From positions 1,472,001-1,536,000 of the forward strand of contig OZ253470.1 of assembly GCA_965261735.1 (NCBI GenBank): 64,000 bases of DNA. The letters are read 5' to 3'. Positions 60,519-64,000 of this stretch are shown in pieces. Position 1 is the stretch's first letter. Every line of letters begins with the position of its first letter. The notes below the pieces were generated by a model that was given only the letters and a program-made list of their open reading frames with translations, was not told where the DNA came from and did no database searches. A program made the translations under genes and the position numbers. The stretch is from Alphaproteobacteria bacterium (lineage in GTDB: Bacteria; Pseudomonadota; Alphaproteobacteria; SHVV01).

Positions 60519-62947
60519 TGTCTATCACCCTCGGCGGCACCGGCGCCGAACGAGCGCCGCGCCTCGGCGAGCTCGATCAACCGCCTGTCGACCGCCTCGT
60601 TCAGCGAGCCGGGAGGGAAGGCACCTGACTCGTCGCGTTCGCCGGCCGGCACACCGGTCAGGATCTCGATCCCCTCGGCGATTGTTTTCACCGAATAGAT
60701 CGCGAAGCGGCCCTCGGCGACAGCCTCGACAACATCGTCGCGCAGCATCAGGTGTTTGACATTGGAATCCGGGACCAGCACGCCGTGCTCGCCGGTTAGG
60801 CCGCGTGCCGAGCACACGTCGAAAAAGCCCTCGATCTTCTCGTTGACGCCGCCGATCGCCTGAACTTCGCCATATTGGTTCACGGAGCCGGTGACGGCGA
60901 GCGACTGCTTGATCGGCATCTCAGCCAGTGCCGAGAGCAGCGCATAGAGCTCCGCCGACGAGGCGCTGTCGCCGTCGACCCCGCCGTAGGACTGCTCGAA
61001 CACCAGGCTGGCTCCCAGCGAAAGCGGCCGATCGAGCGCATACTGGGCACCAATATAGGCCGACAGGATGAGCACGCCCTTGGAGTGGAGGGGACCCCCG
61101 AGCTCGACCTCGCGCTCGATGTCGACGACCTCGCCGCGGCCCATGCGTACGCGCGCGGTGATCCGGCTCGGCTGGCCGAAGCTGGACCCGCCCAGCGCCA
61201 GCACCGACAACCCGTTGACTTGGCCCGCCTTGGCGCCGGACGTGTCGATCAGGATCGTGTTGCGGCGAATCGCCTCCTGAACCCGCTGGCGCACTCGGTC
61301 GGAGCGAAAGATCTGCGCGTCGATGGCGCGCTTGACGTCGCCGCGGCCGATCACTTGGCGCTCGGCCTGCCCGGCCCAATAGTCGGCCTCGCGCAGCAGG
61401 TCGCAGACCTGGCCGACGCGCGCCGAAAGCTTCTCGGCGTCGCCGCTCAGGCGGGACGAATGCTCGATGATGCTGGCGACGGCGCCGCGATCCAGCGAGC
61501 GCAGCTTTTCGCGCCGCGCCAGGGTGGCGATCAGGCCGGCGTACTGACGGCTCGACTCGATGCTGCGATCCATGTCCTCGTCGAAATCGACCTCGACCTT
61601 GAACAGGTCGTCGAAGTCGGGATCGTGGGTGCTGAGCAGGTAGTACAGGCGGCGCTCGCCGACCAGCACGACCTTGACGTCGAGTGGAATGGGCTCTGGG
61701 TCGAGCGTAATGGTGCTGATCATCCCCGCCGCCTGACCGAGCGACTCGATGCGGATCTCGCGCGATTTCAGGGCCCGCTTCAGCGCCTCCCAGGCATAGG
61801 GCTGGGTCAGAACCTTGTAGGCATCGAGGATCAGATAACCGCCGTTGGCGCGGTGGATCGCGCCCTGCTTGATGAGGCTGAAGTCGGTGACCAGCGCGCC
61901 GAGCTCGGCCAAGTGCTCGACACGGCCGACGAGATTGGGCTGGGTGGGATTGTCCTCGTAGATGACCGGTGCGCCGTGCTGATCGCCGTTGCTGACGATG
62001 ACGTTGACCTGATAGCGGCGGAAGTCGGGCGGTGCGTGCGGCAGCCTGATCATCGGGCTGGCGGGCCCCGCGGGCCCTGCGACCTGCCCCTCCTCCTCCC
62101 TGGAGCGGAAGTCGGCCGCGTTCTCGATAACCTCGGTGCGCACCGCGTCGAGATAGGTGACGACCTGTGGATAGGGCTTGTACTCGGCCTGTAGCGCATC
62201 GATCAGGTGGCGTACCGCCGACATGGTGATGTCGCGGTCGAGATCGCGCACCTGGTCGCGCCGTGCCTTCTCCCATTGCGGCATCTCGTTCATGGCACTT
62301 TGCAGCTGATGCTGCAGGCCCTCGATGTCTTTCTCGACCTGTACGCGTTCCTCCTCGGGCAGCTGGCGAAACTCATCCGGCGTGACTACCTCGCCGTCCT
62401 TCATCGGCGCCAGCGCCAGCCCCATGGGCGTGCGCACGAGTGCGACCTTGCGCTCGCGCGCGCGCTCCTGGAGCTGGCCGAGGGTCGCCTCCTGGCGCTC
62501 CTTGAACTCCTCGTCGATGGCCTGGTGGCGGGTCCGGTACTCGTCGCTCTCGAAGACCGCCGGAATGGTCGCCTGCAGCTCCTCGACGAGGCGCTCCATG
62601 TCACGCTTCAGCTTGTTGGCCATGCCCGGCGGCAACTTGATCGAGTGCGGCCTGTGGCGGTCCTGGAAGTTGTTGACGTAACACCAGTCGTCGGGAACCG
62701 GCTCCCCGGCCGCGCGGTCGTCGACGAAGCGACGCACCGTCGTGTACTTGCCGATCGAATTGGGACCGATGGCGAACAGGTTGTAGCCTTCGCGGCGGAT
62801 ACCGATGCCGAACTTGACCGCCTCGACCGCGCGCGTCTGGCCGATCACGTCGCCCAGGTCCTCGAGATCGGCCGTCGTCTCGAATCCCAGCTGATCGGGA
62901 TCGCAGCGCTGCTTGAGCGCCGGGGGGGAGAGCGGCGTTACGGGCAT
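60515..62947 (-). CDS. Lon-like (LonB/LonC-type) AAA protease
   Basis: IGQTRA, HRANGGYL, GQVNGL, GVDGDSASSAE catalytic Ser, IGGVNEKIEGFF catalytic Lys. Confidence 0.92.
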   Translation of the reverse strand: MPVTPLSPPALKQRCDPDQLGFETTADLEDLGDVIGQTRAVEAVKFGIGIRREGYNLFAIGPNSIGKYTTVRRFVDDRAAGEPVPDDWCYVNNFQDRHRPHSIKLPPGMANKLKRDMERLVEELQATIPAVFESDEYRTRHQAIDEEFKERQEATLGQLQERARERKVALVRTPMGLALAPMKDGEVVTPDEFRQLPEEERVQVEKDIEGLQHQLQSAMNEMPQWEKARRDQVRDLDRDITMSAVRHLIDALQAEYKPYPQVVTYLDAVRTEVIENAADFRSREEEGQVAGPAGPASPMIRLPHAPPDFRRYQVNVIVSNGDQHGAPVIYEDNPTQPNLVGRVEHLAELGALVTDFSLIKQGAIHRANGGYLILDAYKVLTQPYAWEALKRALKSREIRIESLGQAAGMISTITLDPEPIPLDVKVVLVGERRLYYLLSTHDPDFDDLFKVEVDFDEDMDRSIESSRQYAGLIATLARREKLRSLDRGAVASIIEHSSRLSGDAEKLSARVGQVCDLLREADYWAGQAERQVIGRGDVKRAIDAQIFRSDRVRQRVQEAIRRNTILIDTSGAKAGQVNGLSVLALGGSSFGQPSRITARVRMGRGEVVDIEREVELGGPLHSKGVLILSAYIGAQYALDRPLSLGASLVFEQSYGGVDGDSASSAELYALLSALAEMPIKQSLAVTGSVNQYGEVQAIGGVNEKIEGFFDVCSARGLTGEHGVLVPDSNVKHLMLRDDVVEAVAEGRFAIYSVKTIAEGIEILTGVPAGERDESGAFPPGSLNEAVDRRLIELAEARRSFGAGAAEGDRQ

Positions 62948-62969
62948 TTCGTCCTTTCTTGCTGGCCCA

Positions 62970-63383
62970 TCAGGCCGTGCGTTCCTGCGTGTCCGCCTCG
63001 ATGGCATCCATGTCGTCGTCGCTAAAACCGAAGTGATGTCCGATCTCGTGGATCAGCACGTGGCGCACGAGGTGGTCGAGACTCTCGCCGCTCTCGCACC
63101 AATAGTCGAGCAGCGGGCGGCGATAGAGGAGCACCATATCGACATCGTCGGGCGCATCCGCCCCGCTCTTGTGATCGAGGCTGACGCCGCGATAGAGGCC
63201 GAGGATGTCGAACGGCGACTCGAGCGCCATCTCCTGCATCGTGTCCTCGTCGGGAAACTCCTCGACCCGAATCACGACCCCAGCCGCGGCGCGGCGAAAG
63301 CGCTCGGGCACCTCGCGCAGGGCCGCGTCGGCTAGGACCTCGATGTCGCCCGCCGAGGGCGCCAGCGCTCCACGCATGCTCAT
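62970..63383 (-). CDS. Minimal zincin metallopeptidase family protein
   Basis: LGLYRG, LYRRPLL, HEIGHHFG. Confidence 0.88.
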   Translation of the reverse strand: MSMRGALAPSAGDIEVLADAALREVPERFRRAAAGVVIRVEEFPDEDTMQEMALESPFDILGLYRGVSLDHKSGADAPDDVDMVLLYRRPLLDYWCESGESLDHLVRHVLIHEIGHHFGFSDDDMDAIEADTQERTA

Positions 63384-63465
63384 GGCGCAACGATATCGCG
63401 GCTTGCCGCACGGGCCAAGCTGAGCCAATGTGGAGGCCGGTCACGCCCACCGGGAGCGAGACGCC

Positions 63466-63756
63466 ATGGCCGAAAAGCTGACGGGAGCGGAGCGCGCCCG
63501 CGCGCTCGAGACGCTGGTCGACTGGGAGGAGGTCGCCGGGCGCGATGCCATCCACAAGACATACCGCTTCGAGAGCTTCATCGACGCCTTCGGCTTCATG
63601 AGCCGCTGCGCCTTCGTCGCCGAGAAGATGAACCATCACCCCGAGTGGTTCAACGTCTACGACCGCGTCGAGGTGACGCTGTCGAGCCACGATGCGGGCG
63701 GCTTGACCGAGCGCGACATCAATCTCGCCCACGCCATGGACCGCATGGCGCACTGA
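63466..63756 (+). CDS. phhB: Pterin-4-alpha-carbinolamine dehydratase
   Basis: [29 protein letters not shown]. Confidence 0.93.
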   Translation: MAEKLTGAERARALETLVDWEEVAGRDAIHKTYRFESFIDAFGFMSRCAFVAEKMNHHPEWFNVYDRVEVTLSSHDAGGLTERDINLAHAMDRMAH

Positions 63757-63790
63757 GGTGCCGCGATCGGCGGTGTAGAGCGCTGCGGCT

Positions 63791-64000
63791 CTAGCGCGGC
63801 GCCATGCGCAGTGCGCCGTCGAGGCGGATGACCTCGCCGTTGAGCATACGGTTGGCGAGGATGTGGAGCACGAGCTCGGCGTACTCCTCGGGCGCCCCGA
63901 GCCGCACCGGAAAGGGGACGCTGGCGGCGAGCGAGGCTTGCGCCTTCTCGGGCAGGCCCGCCAGCATCGGCGTCGCGAACAGGCCCGGTGCGATGGTCAC
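63791..64000 (-). CDS. 3' end of an SDR (3-hydroxyacyl-CoA dehydrogenase type II-like); truncated by the window edge
   Basis: [39 protein letters not shown]. Confidence 0.85.
   Translation of the reverse strand: MTIAPGLFATPMLAGLPEKAQASLAASVPFPVRLGAPEEYAELVLHILANRMLNGEVIRLDGALRMAPR

Overview
High-GC chromosomal window from an Alphaproteobacterium, probably Rhodospirillales-like (rpmH-rnpA-yidD-yidC-yihA-argB synteny, sigma54/ftr-type flagellin promoter). It is mostly metabolic and housekeeping genes, punctuated by five insertion sequences: one cargo-carrying IS1595 (ISNwi1-like), two ISSod11-like IS1595 copies and two IS630 copies. The main result is a co-oriented selenium locus on the minus strand (31894-36164) that the ORF track splits or misses. 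It holds a GrdB/PrdB-like protein with in-frame UGA (U-P-D-C), a glutaredoxin-DinB fusion with in-frame UGA (U-T-S-C), tRNA-Sec (UCA) and an FAD/NADH-oxidoreductase-SelD fusion. Other notable items are an IS1595 carrying a micro-ORF, a small ORF and an ImmA/IrrE-like gene inside an O-GlcNAc-transferase-like gene, and a PEP-CTERM serine protease whose signal peptide was hit by two IS elements while its enhancer-IHF-sigma54 promoter survives. There is also an aconitase with altered substrate-binding motifs and a junction joining two 5'-truncated divergent genes. No CRISPR array was seen. All family calls come from motif recognition by eye; no database searches were run.
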